A DNA stretch of 64,000 nucleotides from an uncultured Myxococcales bacterium (GTDB lineage: Bacteria > Myxococcota_A > Bradymonadia > UBA7976 > UBA1532). The stretch lies in NCBI GenBank assembly GCA_903847385.1, contig CAINDO010000440.1:6129-70128 (forward strand), written 5' to 3'. The position numbers were made by a program, and so were the translations under genes. Position 1 is the stretch's first letter, and the number at the start of each line of letters is the position of its first letter. The notes under the pieces were generated by a model, which saw nothing but the letters and a program-made list of their open reading frames with translations, was not told the DNA's origin and did no database searches. This document shows, one piece after another, positions 18,004 to 27,888 of this stretch.

Positions 18004-19797
18004 TCAGGGACAGCGCAGCGCCGGGTCCGCGGGCTCGGCCTCGAGGATGACCCGCCCGCCCCCGGGCGGCGGCTGCGTGAGGACGACCGCCACCCGCTCG
18101 GGGCAGGCCTCGGCGCGCTCGACGATGTATTCGCCGGCGCCCAGGCGTGTCTTCGGCAGCGCGATCTCACATGCGCCCCCTTCGGCCGCGGTCTGCGTAC
18201 ACTCCACGGAGACCGTCAGGCCGGCGGTCAGGTTCGCCGGGTCGTCGAACTCCTCGGGGGACACACAGCCGGCGGGGCCGTCCGGTGTGTCGACGACGCA
18301 GGGCGGCCGCCGCTCGAGACAGTATCGGCCCACGCTCCGGCCGAGTTTGTCGCGCACCCGCTCCAGGGGGCGGGCGAAGTCGGCGCCGCAGATGCTGAGA
18401 CAGGCGTCGCCCGTCGCCCCGGGCGGGCACCCCAAACCGTTGTCCCCGAACGCCTCGGCGACTTCGAGATAGCGCCCGCCGGTGAACGCCGTCAGACCTT
18501 CGGGGGTCTCGCAGGTCGGCGCGGCGCCGCCCGTACAGACCCCCTTCGGGCAACAGGAGGCCGAGACCTCGGACGTGTTGAACTGCGGCGTGCCCTGGGC
18601 GTCCGTGGATTGGCACGCCTCGGACGGCGTGCCCTCCGCGTTCGTGACCTCGACCCGCTGCCCGCCGGCTTCGAGGAAGGCCCGCTCGCCGACGACGCTC
18701 GCCACGATGAGGGCGCGATCGGGCTCCTTCTTCAACGACCGCAGGAAGTCGACGTAGTCGGACACCGGTGTCAGCGCCTCGCGGTGCCAGACGCAGTTGG
18801 CGTCATCGCCGCGGTCGATGACACAGCGCTTCGCGTAACAGACCTCCGGCGCCAACCCCCCGCACTCGTCGCGCTGGCACGCCGCTGGGCCGCCGGGGCA
18901 CAGCGCCGCGTCGGTGAAGGCGTCGGGGAGATCGTCCGCATCGTCGCCGTCCGCCGGCCCGTGGCGGCAGATGGCCCGCTCGCTCGCGCCGGGGTTCGAG
19001 GCCGGGTCCGAGCAGTCGTAGGCGTCGGAGACGAAAAAGACCACGAGCGTGGCGTTGGGGCGCAGGAACGCGGGCTCCTCCCCGGGGCCGAGGCGCGCGG
19101 CGCAGTCGGCGTCGTAGGTCGAGCCGAGCCGCGTGCCGTCCGGGGCCGTCCGGTCCAGGCAGCACGGAGCGAAGAGCGCCCGGTTCGGCCCGTCGCACGA
19201 GAGCGCGAGGCGCGCCGCCTCGAGGCCCTTCTCGAAGCTGTCGCCCATCACACCGACCCGGGCCGCGCAGTCGAACACATGCTCGAGCTCGGCCTGCGTC
19301 GTGCCGACGTTGCCGCCCTCCTCCGGCGTGCCGGACCGGATGATCGGTCCGAAGCGCCACCGGTCGGGCTCGGGGGGCTCGCCGCTGCCATGCACGATCA
19401 CGTCCTCGCAGGCCGCCAACGCCTCGCAGGCCGCGGGATCGCGGTCGCACGCGGGCAGCAGGCGCGGCGGCCCGTCCCGAAAGGCGCCCTGGGCAGACTC
19501 GCTCCGGAGGTCCGTCGTCGTGAACGCGAAGCGGTAGTCGGCGCGGCCGGCCAGGGTCTCGTGCAGGAACCGCGCGACGACGCGGAAGTTCGCCGCGAGG
19601 CTCGCCTGATGGGGCCCCATGCTCCCGGAGTCGTCGATCATCCAGAGGAAGTCGAAGCGGCTCTTCGCCGGCACGTCGACGACCTGGCGGAGCCCTTCGG
19701 GCGCGACACAGGCATCGACCAGTGTCTCTTCGCCGCTGAACGGCGGCCTGGACAGACACCCGGCGAGCGCAACGGCGAGCCCGAGTGCGCGCTTCAT
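18004..19797 (-). CDS. vWA-domain Cys-rich lipoprotein (CglB-like)
   Basis: Lipobox LAGC; MIDAS motif DFLWMIDDSGSM; EKGLEAA, FLRPNA.L...FVSD..DCS. Confidence 0.75.
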   Translation of the reverse strand: MKRALGLAVALAGCLSRPPFSGEETLVDACVAPEGLRQVVDVPAKSRFDFLWMIDDSGSMGPHQASLAANFRVVARFLHETLAGRADYRFAFTTTDLRSESAQGAFRDGPPRLLPACDRDPAACEALAACEDVIVHGSGEPPEPDRWRFGPIIRSGTPEEGGNVGTTQAELEHVFDCAARVGVMGDSFEKGLEAARLALSCDGPNRALFAPCCLDRTAPDGTRLGSTYDADCAARLGPGEEPAFLRPNATLVVFFVSDAYDCSDPASNPGASERAICRHGPADGDDADDLPDAFTDAALCPGGPAACQRDECGGLAPEVCYAKRCVIDRGDDANCVWHREALTPVSDYVDFLRSLKKEPDRALIVASVVGERAFLEAGGQRVEVTNAEGTPSEACQSTDAQGTPQFNTSEVSASCCPKGVCTGGAAPTCETPEGLTAFTGGRYLEVAEAFGDNGLGCPPGATGDACLSICGADFARPLERVRDKLGRSVGRYCLERRPPCVVDTPDGPAGCVSPEEFDDPANLTAGLTVSVECTQTAAEGGACEIALPKTRLGAGEYIVERAEACPERVAVVLTQPPPGGGRVILEAEPADPALRCP

Positions 19798-20507
19798 GGG
19801 CGCCCCCAGAGCAGGAGCCCCGCGCCCGTCGCCACACACGCCGCCCCGGCCGCGGTGGTCCCGATCGCCAGGCCGTTGGCCGAGTCGAGGTCGTCCAGGT
19901 GGCCCTCGTAGGCGTCGCGCCGGCGCGCGGTCTCCGCGGCAGACTGGGCGTCGAAGGCCTCGACCCAGGCAAACGTGCCCACGCCGAGGAGCGCCACACC
20001 CACGCCCACGCCGACCCAACCGGCGATGGTCACGCCGTGCCCGGGCTCCGCGGGCGGCGGCGGGGCGGCCGTCAGGCGGGCCTCCAGCGGGGCCGACGTC
20101 GGCGGGGCGCTGGGCGGCGGTGCGCTCGGCGGCGGGGCCGCGTCGGTCTCGCACAGTTTCGCCGCCTCGGGGAGCATGGGCGTGAGCCGCGCGCGCTTCT
20201 CCGACGCGGAGTCGGGCAGGCCCAGGTAGGTATCGATGAGGTCGCGGGCCCGACAGGCGGCCGCCGGCGTGCCCAGGGTCAGCGCGGCGCGGGCCGCCCC
20301 GTAGATGGCCGGCGCGCGCAACGCGTGGCCCTCGGACACCGCGTCGAGCACCCACTGGAAGAGCGCCAGGGCGACCTCGGCCCGGCCCTCCTGCCCGGCC
20401 AGCACGGCGTCCTGGTAGCGTGCCTCGAGCTCCGCATCCGAGGGCGGTGTGATCGGGGGCGCGGTCAGGGCCAGGGCGAGGACGCCGGCGAGGACTCGGG
20501 CGGCCAT
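19794..20507 (-). CDS. Secreted TPR-like protein with Pro-rich linker and C-terminal hydrophobic segments
   Basis: Signal peptide, helical TPR-like segment, PPSAPP linker, Gly-rich TM segments; ATGA overlap with the vWA gene. Confidence 0.65.
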   Translation of the reverse strand: MAARVLAGVLALALTAPPITPPSDAELEARYQDAVLAGQEGRAEVALALFQWVLDAVSEGHALRAPAIYGAARAALTLGTPAAACRARDLIDTYLGLPDSASEKRARLTPMLPEAAKLCETDAAPPPSAPPPSAPPTSAPLEARLTAAPPPPAEPGHGVTIAGWVGVGVGVALLGVGTFAWVEAFDAQSAAETARRRDAYEGHLDDLDSANGLAIGTTAAGAACVATGAGLLLWGRP

Positions 20508-20724
20508 CAAGACGCCGGCCCGGAACGCGGATACGGATGGGGTGAGCGGGTCTCCACGGGCGTCCCATAACACATCGACCCGCCGATGGCGACGCGACGC
20601 GCAGGCCCCGCGCTCGGGGAGCGCCCACCCTCGTACGCGGAGATCACCCGAGGCGAGCCGTGGGGCGTAACAGACGGCGCCGCCAGCGTCTCATCTCCTC
20701 GAAACGCCACGAACGGAGTCGTCC

Positions 20725-21135
20725 ATGTCGCCCCGCGCCCTCGCCCTCACCCTCGTCGCCGCGCTCTCCCTGGCCGCCTGCAGCGGCTCGACCGCGCCCT
20801 CACATGCGGCCCCCGTCGCGCCCGGACCGGTCGGGGCCGCGGGCCCGCTCGCCGCCCTCGCCGCGCAGCCGGACACGCTCCTGCTCGACGTGCGCCGCCC
20901 GGAGGAGTTCGCCGCCGGTCACGTCGAGGGCGCCGTCAACGTCCCGCTCGGAGAGACCGTGCAGATGGCCGCCGTCATCGGCCGCAAGGATCGCGCCGTC
21001 ATCCTGCACTGCCGGTCCGGCAACCGTTCGGGCAAGGCCATGGCGGAGTTGCAATCGGCCGGCTTCACGGCGCTGCACAACGCCGGTGGCTACGAGGCCA
21101 CCGCGCAGGCCACCGGCCGCCGCGTCGTGCGCTGA
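20725..21135 (+). CDS. Rhodanese-like lipoprotein (PspE-like)
   Basis: Lipobox LAAC; LLDVR.PEEF..GHV.GA.N.P; active-site HCRSGNRS. Confidence 0.9.
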   Translation: MSPRALALTLVAALSLAACSGSTAPSHAAPVAPGPVGAAGPLAALAAQPDTLLLDVRRPEEFAAGHVEGAVNVPLGETVQMAAVIGRKDRAVILHCRSGNRSGKAMAELQSAGFTALHNAGGYEATAQATGRRVVR

Positions 21136-21154
21136 ACGTCGGACGGCGACCCGC

Positions 21155-21940
21155 TCAGCGCACCGCCGACACCAGCGCGAACAGCGCGCCCTGCGGGTCG
21201 AAGAACTGGGCGATGTACATGGGCCCCGGGACCTCGTGGGGTCCCATGAGGAGCTTGCCGCCCGCCGCGGTGGCGCGTTCCATGCCAGCGCCGAGGTGGT
21301 CGACCTCGATGTAGTAGAGCCAGAACGGCCGCGGCGAGTCGGGCATGCGGGTCATCATGCCGCCCACCGCCGGGGACCCCTCGCCGCCCGTCGAGAACAT
21401 GCGATAGACGCCCAGCGGCCCCATGTCCATCCGGCTCGACTCGCTCCAGCCGAAGAGGGTCCCGTAGAACTGGAACGCGGCCTCGCCGTCCCCGGCGTGC
21501 AATTCGCGCCAGCCGATGCTCCCCTGGGTTCCGGGGGCAATCGTCTGCAGCGGCGTGAGGATGCTCGGCTTGAGAAGCCCGAACGCGGCCCCGTGCGGGT
21601 CGGCCACGACGGCGAAGGCTCCCGCGCCGTGCAGGTCCATCGGCCCCATCTGCACGCTGCCGCCCGCGGCGCGCAGGCGCTCCACGTGGCCGTCCACGTC
21701 GTCGACGCCGACATAGCCGACCCACACCGGAGCCGCGCCCTGGGCGCACATCTCGGCGGTCAACTCCAGCACGCCGCCGATGCCCGCCTCGCCCACGGAC
21801 AAGACGGTGTAGGGCACCGGCCCGATGCCCGCGGCCTGGGCCTTCCAGCCGGCGACGCTCTGGTAGAAAGACACGGCCGCGGCCACGTCCGTGGTCATCA
21901 GCTCGTACCAGACGAACGGGTGTGTCTTCGATGCGCTCAC
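21155..21940 (-). CDS. VOC/glyoxalase family protein (two-domain)
   Basis: FVWYELMTTD...A..FY, DPHGA.F, W.EL, DPQGA.FAL; GTG start overlaps the tetR stop. Confidence 0.9.
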   Translation of the reverse strand: MSASKTHPFVWYELMTTDVAAAVSFYQSVAGWKAQAAGIGPVPYTVLSVGEAGIGGVLELTAEMCAQGAAPVWVGYVGVDDVDGHVERLRAAGGSVQMGPMDLHGAGAFAVVADPHGAAFGLLKPSILTPLQTIAPGTQGSIGWRELHAGDGEAAFQFYGTLFGWSESSRMDMGPLGVYRMFSTGGEGSPAVGGMMTRMPDSPRPFWLYYIEVDHLGAGMERATAAGGKLLMGPHEVPGPMYIAQFFDPQGALFALVSAVR

Positions 21941-22566
21941 GGACTCTCCGTTTGGGGTGAGATCGGCGTGGCCGACCGGTTGAACAACAACTCCACATAC
22001 CGTTTCAGGTGGTCCACGCTGGCGATGGCCACGTCCGGCCCCCCGCTGGCCTTGGCGAGCACGAACGCCCCCTGCAGGACGGCCTGGGTGTGCAGGGCCA
22101 GGCCCTCCGCGGACCAGGGGGCGTCCGGCGCGTGTCGCTCGCGCGCGAGCGCGATGTCCTTCGCCACCACGGCCGCGTGGTCGACGATGCAGCGCTCGCA
22201 GGCCGCGCGGATGGCCGGGGACGTGTCGAAGGTCTCCTGAACGGTCGTGCCGGCGAAACACGTGAACTCGGCGGGCGCCCCGCGCAGCAATGCCCGGCGG
22301 AAGTCCAGGTAGCCCAGGAAGCGGTCGAGGGGGTCTTCGTGCGCGTGGTAGGGGGCGGCGGCGAAGAGGGCGCCCGTCGTCGCGCTCCAGTGCTCGGCGG
22401 CGGCGACGGCCAGGGCCTCTTTGCTCTCGAAGTGGTGAAAGAACGCACCCTTGCTCACGCCGGCGGCGGCGCAGAGATCCGCGACGCCGGTGGCCGTGTA
22501 GCCCCGTGCCCGGACCACGGAAAGGGCGGCGTCCAGCAGGCGGGTGCGGGTGTCGGGCGAGCTCAT
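21937..22566 (-). CDS. TetR/AcrR family regulator (NemR-like)
   Basis: TRTRLLDAA...GY.AT.V..LC.AAGVSKGAFFHHF.SKE.L. Confidence 0.92.
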   Translation of the reverse strand: MSSPDTRTRLLDAALSVVRARGYTATGVADLCAAAGVSKGAFFHHFESKEALAVAAAEHWSATTGALFAAAPYHAHEDPLDRFLGYLDFRRALLRGAPAEFTCFAGTTVQETFDTSPAIRAACERCIVDHAAVVAKDIALARERHAPDAPWSAEGLALHTQAVLQGAFVLAKASGGPDVAIASVDHLKRYVELLFNRSATPISPQTESP

Positions 22567-22580
22567 GGCGCGACCATACC

Positions 22581-22592
22581 AACCGGTCGGTT
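22581..22592. promoter_or_regulatory. Palindrome, putative TetR autoregulatory operator
   Basis: AACCG-GT-CGGTT about 15 bp upstream of the tetR start. Confidence 0.5.
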
Positions 22593-22605
22593 TCGACGCA
22601 ACGCC

Positions 22606-22628
22606 AAAAAAACGGGCCCGCGGGCCCC
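22606..22628 (-). terminator. Rho-independent terminator
   Basis: GGGCC-cgcg-GGCCC hairpin followed on the minus strand by a 7-T run (A7 at 22606-22612). Confidence 0.6.
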
Positions 22629-22915
22629 AGAAATGGAACGGGCGGCGGACCTTGCGATCCGCCGCCCGGAAGAGGACGCCTCACACGAGGTGTCAGCGAA
22701 TCCGGCACCTCGTCAAAAGAACACTCGGGTTACCCATTCTGCAGTTCCTCCTCCGGTCGGGACCGGCACCTGGGGGGCCTTCGGCAGACTTCACGCGCCC
22801 GACTCCAGGTGTTCCTTCGTCTGGGAAGGCAGGGCCTTCGCTGTCGTCGCCGGTCTCGGACCATTCCGGGGCATCGCCCACCGGCTTCACTGAGGAGCAA
22901 CACGGGGACCCCGGC
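22606..22915 (-). ncRNA. Putative structured non-coding RNA or leader, family not recognised
   Basis: Many nested complementary stems (see findings); a GCAA tetraloop and G-U pairs favour the minus strand; ends in a terminator. Confidence 0.5.
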
Positions 22916-23002
22916 GGCTCATTTCCAGAATCGACGGGGGGCGTGTCGATTTTTCGGGACCGCAGTCCAGGCGGGGCGACCGACCGCCCCGGGTCACAGG
23001 GT

Positions 23003-23038
23003 GTCCCCGGGGGCGTCCCCGGGGTCGTCCCCGGGGCT
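23003..23038. repeat. Three 12-bp direct repeats with palindromic core CCCCGGGG
   Basis: gtccccgggggc gtccccggggtc gtccccggggct. Confidence 0.7.
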
Positions 23039-23171
23039 GGCGGGCCCCGCGGAGATGCCAATGGTCAGACGTCACTGTAATCATTCATCTTTCTCGACCA
23101 CCAGCAGCTGGCACGGTCGTTGAAATGTCGGGGACCACGCGGACTTCACCGCCCCGAACGACGGAGACACC

Positions 23172-24611
23172 ATGTCCATGCCCCGACCCCGCCCGCATCA
23201 CATCGCCCTGCTCGCCCTGTGGACCGCCGCCGCCTGTGGCGGCCCGGAGTTCGACGCCGCTGACGCGCCCGAAGACCTCGAGACCGCCGAGATGGCCCTC
23301 AGCAGCGTGACGACGATCCAGCGCCTGAACACACAGAAGTGCCTGGACGTGGAGAACGGGTCCGTCGACAGCCACGCGCTGATCAAGCAGTTCGGCTGCC
23401 ACGGCGGCGCGAACCAGCAGTTCCTCTTGGACGAGGTCGTCGGTCGGCCCGGTCAGTACACCGTGATGAACATGCACAGTCAGCGCTGCATCGACATCCC
23501 CTTCGCCAGCCTCAGCGCCGGCGCGAGCGTGCAGCAGTTCACCTGTCTGCCCCAGGACAATCAGCGCGTCGAGCTGCTCGCGTCGGGCGCCGGCCACATG
23601 CTGCGCATGGTGCACAGCCAGCTCTGCCTCTCCGTGCCGAACGGCTCGTTGAACGACCTCGCGCTCCAGCAGCAGCCCTGCACCGGCGCGGCGGGCCAGG
23701 TGTTTCAGCTCACCCGGCCGGCGGCCCCGCCGCCCCCGGCCACGCAGCCGCCGCCGCCGCCCCCGCCGCCCCCGGCCCCCGACTTCTCGCTCCAGGCCTC
23801 GGCGCTCCCCGCCCGCATCACCTGGGGCGACACGGCGACGTCGCAGATCTCGCTCTCCGCGCTGAACGGCTTCAACGCGGCCGTCGCGCTCTCCGTCTCG
23901 GGCAACCTCGCCGGGGCGGCGTTCGCGCCGGCCGGCATCACCCCCGGACAGACCAGCACGCTCACGCTGCCCAGCACCCGCGTGAACGCCGCGCTCGGCG
24001 CCCGGAACCTCACGGTCACGGGTGTCGGCGGGGGGCTGCGCCGAACGGCCGCGCTGCGCTACCGCGTGGGCCGCCAGGCCGGGGCGTTCACGGTGCAGCA
24101 GGGCGTGGGCTGGGGCGCCGGCCAGTGCGGCACGATCAGCGCGACGATCAGCGGCAGCGGCGCCGGCGCCCAGGTGACGTTCCGGGACTCGGCCACGGGC
24201 CGCAGCTCCACGCACCCCGTGTCGGCGGGTTACCGATTCTCGCCCGGCTGCAAGGTGGCGATCGTGATCCCCCCCAACGCCGCGGGCCCCGTGGCCCACG
24301 TCGTCGACCTGGGCACGTTCGGGCAAGGTTTCGGCACGGCGCTGTCCATCCCGCACCCCTTCCACTACGCCTTCTCCCCGGACGACAGCCTGCTCGTGAC
24401 CGATCCGGCCGTGACCGGTGCCGCCGGGCAGCAGACGGCCACGCTCTACGACCTGGCGGGGCGGCGTGGGCCCATCGGCGCCTCGGGCAACTTCACCGGC
24501 AACGTGACGGGGGTCGTCCTCAACGCCCGGGCCAACCAGGCCACGGATCAGGTGGTCATCACGGTGCGGACGAACGCCGGTGTCCAGACGACCTCGGTGA
24601 ACGTGAACTGA
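23172..24611 (+). CDS. Ricin-B (beta-trefoil) lectin lipoprotein with Pro linker and beta-rich C-terminal domains
   Basis: GGAG RBS; lipobox AAAC; KCLDV...QFGCHGGANQQF, RCIDI...QQFTC...NQ repeats. Confidence 0.85.
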   Translation: MSMPRPRPHHIALLALWTAAACGGPEFDAADAPEDLETAEMALSSVTTIQRLNTQKCLDVENGSVDSHALIKQFGCHGGANQQFLLDEVVGRPGQYTVMNMHSQRCIDIPFASLSAGASVQQFTCLPQDNQRVELLASGAGHMLRMVHSQLCLSVPNGSLNDLALQQQPCTGAAGQVFQLTRPAAPPPPATQPPPPPPPPPAPDFSLQASALPARITWGDTATSQISLSALNGFNAAVALSVSGNLAGAAFAPAGITPGQTSTLTLPSTRVNAALGARNLTVTGVGGGLRRTAALRYRVGRQAGAFTVQQGVGWGAGQCGTISATISGSGAGAQVTFRDSATGRSSTHPVSAGYRFSPGCKVAIVIPPNAAGPVAHVVDLGTFGQGFGTALSIPHPFHYAFSPDDSLLVTDPAVTGAAGQQTATLYDLAGRRGPIGASGNFTGNVTGVVLNARANQATDQVVITVRTNAGVQTTSVNVN

Positions 24612-24656
24612 GCGGCCGCGCATCCCCGGGCACGCTTGATGCATTCAGCCCCGCCC

Positions 24657-26828
24657 ATGCGACTCGCACTCACCCTGGCCCTCGCCTCGTTCTCCCTCCT
24701 GCCCGCCTGCTCGGACGACGCCACGGACGTCGAGACCGCCGCGGTGGCGGACGGGGACGGCCCCGACACGGTCGAATTCGGTGACTTCAAGGCGGACGCG
24801 CCACCCACCCCGACCACGGTGGTGGCCACCAGCCTTGGCAACTCCAGTGGCCAGGGGGCGGTGCTGGAGCTCGTGGTGACCGACGTCTGGGGTCGCCTGC
24901 CCGACCGCAAGAGCCGCGTGCGCCTCGTGCGTCAGGCCGACGGCAAGGTCCTCACGCTCGACGGCTACCTGAAGCCGCTGCTGGTGCGCCTCGCCACCCC
25001 GGGCAAGTACCGCCTCGAGGCCGAGATCCCCGAGCACGAGAAAGAGGCGATGGTCTTCGAGGTCCTGAATCGCAACGGCGTGTTCTCGATCCCGCAGCCG
25101 GCCGACCAGGTCACGCACTGGAGCTTCAGCGCCGATCCCCGCACGCTCGCGGGCCGCAGCGAGGCCGTGCACAGCCTGTACATCGGCCTGCCCCACGAGA
25201 TCTTCGCCGCCAGCGGCCCGCCCCCCCGGCGCGGCAACGAGATCACCCTGTTCGACAACGGCCGCGACACGTTCGACACCATGGCCGGCGACTTCCTGGC
25301 CGCCGAGAAGAGCCTCTCGTTGTCGCTGTGGCTGATGAAGGCCGACTTCGAGCTGCGCCGCAGCGCCGACTGGCGGCTCGACTCGGACGCCACGCGCAAG
25401 CAGGAGTTCATCGTCGCCTACCTGAAGCGCATGAAGGGCACGCGCCGCATCCTGCTCTCGGAGTTCAACGGCCGCGAGGACGGCCTGAACGAGGCCGTGC
25501 TGGACGACGACATCCAGGCCTTCGGCGAGCGGCGCGGCGACGGCGTGGAGCTGATGCTCCAGGCCAACGAGACCGAGGTGCCCTACTACGGCGAGGTCCC
25601 TGTGAACGCCGGCGGCTGGTCCTACCGCGCGCGCCTGCTGGACAAGTACCCCGAGTGGAAGGGCCGCCGCTTCACCAACCAGGAGCACTTCAAGGTCGGC
25701 AAGTACGACCGCAGCGTGAGCTGGTCGGACCTGCAGGCCGCCAGCTACCACCAGAAGTTCGCCGTGGTGGACAACGAGGTCGGCTACCTGGGCGGCATGA
25801 ACATGAACTACGCCGACTGGGACCGCCCGGAGCTGGCGGTGTTCGACCCGCAGCGAGCCGAGGCCGGCACGAGCGCCAGCGATCGCGCGGACATCGAAGC
25901 CGGCCTCGATGACAGCGGCATCAACCCGCGCAAGGACTACATGGCCCGGGTCGAGGGCCCCCTGGTCCACGACATCGACACGCTGTTCCATCGGCGGTGG
26001 GCCCAGGGTCGGAAGGACGGCGGCCTCTACAACGAAGACACCTCGGACTACACGGTGCCGCCGGTCTTCGACGATCCGGATCCGACCGACGAGGGCGTGC
26101 AGGCGCAGCTCAACGTGACGATGCCCATGCCCTTCTGGGAGCACTCCATCCTCGAGGGGTTCCAGCGCGCCATCGCCCACGCGGACGACTTCATCTTCAT
26201 CGAGGACCAGTACTTCCGGGCGCCGATGCTCAACGCGATGATCCTCGACCGCATGGCCGTGGACCCGGACTTGAAGCTCATCGTGATCACCAAGGACGTG
26301 CCCTACAAGGATCCGGGCCGCAAGTGGACCGCGCTGAGCCAGAAGGCGTTCACCGACCGCTTTCCGGACCGGTTCCTGTTCCTCACGCTGCGGGCGAGCG
26401 ACCTGCGCGAGCGCGACGGCGATGTCATCGCGACGTTTGCCGACGTCGACATCCACGCCAAGATGTTCATCGTCGACGACGAGATCATGTCCGTGGGCTC
26501 CTGCAACAAGAACAACCGCGGCGTGATCTACGAGGGCGAGGCCAACCTGCTCATCCGCGACACGTTCTTCGTCGCCGAGGCGCGCCGGCACGAGTGGGCG
26601 CGCATGGTCGGCCCGGACTACGCCGAACAGATGGCCGATCCCGAGATCGGCTTCGAGGTCTTCCGCAACCTGGCCGAGCGCAACGACGCCGTGTACCGCG
26701 CCTGGGACGACCTGGACGGCGAGCTGCCGGCGACGCAGATGATGGACTCGCTGCGCCCCACGGGCCTGGTGTACGGCCTGGAGCTGCCGCAGGAGTGGTG
26801 GTTCAACCCGGGTCCGGACTTCTACTGA
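24657..26828 (+). CDS. Phospholipase D family lipoprotein
   Basis: Lipobox LPAC; two HKD motifs (HQKFAVVD...GGMN; HAKMFIVD...GSCN); IFIEDQYF. Confidence 0.9.
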   Translation: MRLALTLALASFSLLPACSDDATDVETAAVADGDGPDTVEFGDFKADAPPTPTTVVATSLGNSSGQGAVLELVVTDVWGRLPDRKSRVRLVRQADGKVLTLDGYLKPLLVRLATPGKYRLEAEIPEHEKEAMVFEVLNRNGVFSIPQPADQVTHWSFSADPRTLAGRSEAVHSLYIGLPHEIFAASGPPPRRGNEITLFDNGRDTFDTMAGDFLAAEKSLSLSLWLMKADFELRRSADWRLDSDATRKQEFIVAYLKRMKGTRRILLSEFNGREDGLNEAVLDDDIQAFGERRGDGVELMLQANETEVPYYGEVPVNAGGWSYRARLLDKYPEWKGRRFTNQEHFKVGKYDRSVSWSDLQAASYHQKFAVVDNEVGYLGGMNMNYADWDRPELAVFDPQRAEAGTSASDRADIEAGLDDSGINPRKDYMARVEGPLVHDIDTLFHRRWAQGRKDGGLYNEDTSDYTVPPVFDDPDPTDEGVQAQLNVTMPMPFWEHSILEGFQRAIAHADDFIFIEDQYFRAPMLNAMILDRMAVDPDLKLIVITKDVPYKDPGRKWTALSQKAFTDRFPDRFLFLTLRASDLRERDGDVIATFADVDIHAKMFIVDDEIMSVGSCNKNNRGVIYEGEANLLIRDTFFVAEARRHEWARMVGPDYAEQMADPEIGFEVFRNLAERNDAVYRAWDDLDGELPATQMMDSLRPTGLVYGLELPQEWWFNPGPDFY

Positions 26829-26939
26829 GCCGAGCGCCGACCGCGAATTGTACAACGCGGACCGAGATTTGGGTTGACCCGGATCAATGCCTGCCGCATA
26901 GAGCTTGAAATCTCCCAAAGCTCATTTGCGCAGGAGCCC

Positions 26940-27888
26940 ATGCGGCCCGTACTCCAGGTCTTCACGGCGGCCACGCTGCCCGAGCGTCCGGCGCCGTTCC
27001 AGGCGCTCGACCGACTCGCGGCGGTCGAGCTCGGCGACGAGCTGCCCCCGGAGACCTACGCCGCGATCCAGGCCACGCTCTGGACGCACCCCTTCTCTCG
27101 CACGGCCCTCGAGGCCTGGCTGCTCGAGGTCGAGGGGGGAGCCCGTCGCCATGTTCGAAGCCTTCCGCGTGACCGCCCGTCGCCGCGTCTTGCCGGATGC
27201 GCCCGTCGAGCACCTGCAGGCGATGGTGCTCGGCAGCGGCTTCGTGCCCCGGGGCCTGCGCCGGGCCGGCCACGGGCGCACGCTGGCGGATGCCGTGTGC
27301 GACCACCACGTCGCCCAGGGCGCCGCGCTCGCCTACGGGCTCGTCGAGGCGTCGCTCAAGGTCTACAGCCACGCCGACCAGACGCGCCCCGTCGTCGAGC
27401 GGTGGTTCCCCGCCGCCCCGGACGCGGCCGCCGATTCGACGGCGGAGGGCCTGGAGCCCCTGTTCGACCTCGCGGGCTGGACGCCGCCGCCGCTGCTCGG
27501 GACGGTGGACGTGCTCCTCACGGCCGAGATGCTCGACTGGCGCCTGGAGCGGGTCGCGCTGGAGCGCCCGCAGGACCGCGCCCGCCCCATCGGCGCGCGC
27601 CTCGGGGCCGACTTCATCGTCTGGTCCACGGAGGCCGACGACGACGCCCTGGAGATCCTGCACCTGCGCGCCGACGACGCGCGGGTGCCCGCCCTGATCG
27701 CCGCCGCCTGCCGCGAGGCCGCCGCCCGCGGATTGAAGGCCGCAAAAATCTGGGAATCGACCAGGCTGGATACGTGTTTGCCCCCGGGCGCTCGCCGAAC
27801 GCTCGACGCGGTTTTCGCAGTGGGTCGCTACCTCCCCGGCATCGACGCCGAGGGGTGGCTGGACCTTCAGATCGGCCATATTTTCTAG
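26940..27888 (+). pseudogene. GNAT acetyltransferase split by a one-base frameshift at a G6 run (real lesion, phase variation or assembly error)
   Basis: AGGAG RBS + ATG 26940; removing one G from 27134-27139 joins ...WLLEVEG to EPVAMFEAFR...LGSGFVPRGLRRAGHGRTL (acetyl-CoA motif A), stop at 27888. Confidence 0.7.

Noticed and set aside
21155-22708. 517 aa ORF as a single gene
   Set aside because: Only the part from GTG 21940 is VOC-like; the upstream part is off-frame over tetR.
22700-22915. Assignment of the structured element to 6S, SRP, RNase P, tmRNA, cobalamin or glycine riboswitch
   Set aside because: Key consensus elements are missing in each case, so it was left unassigned.
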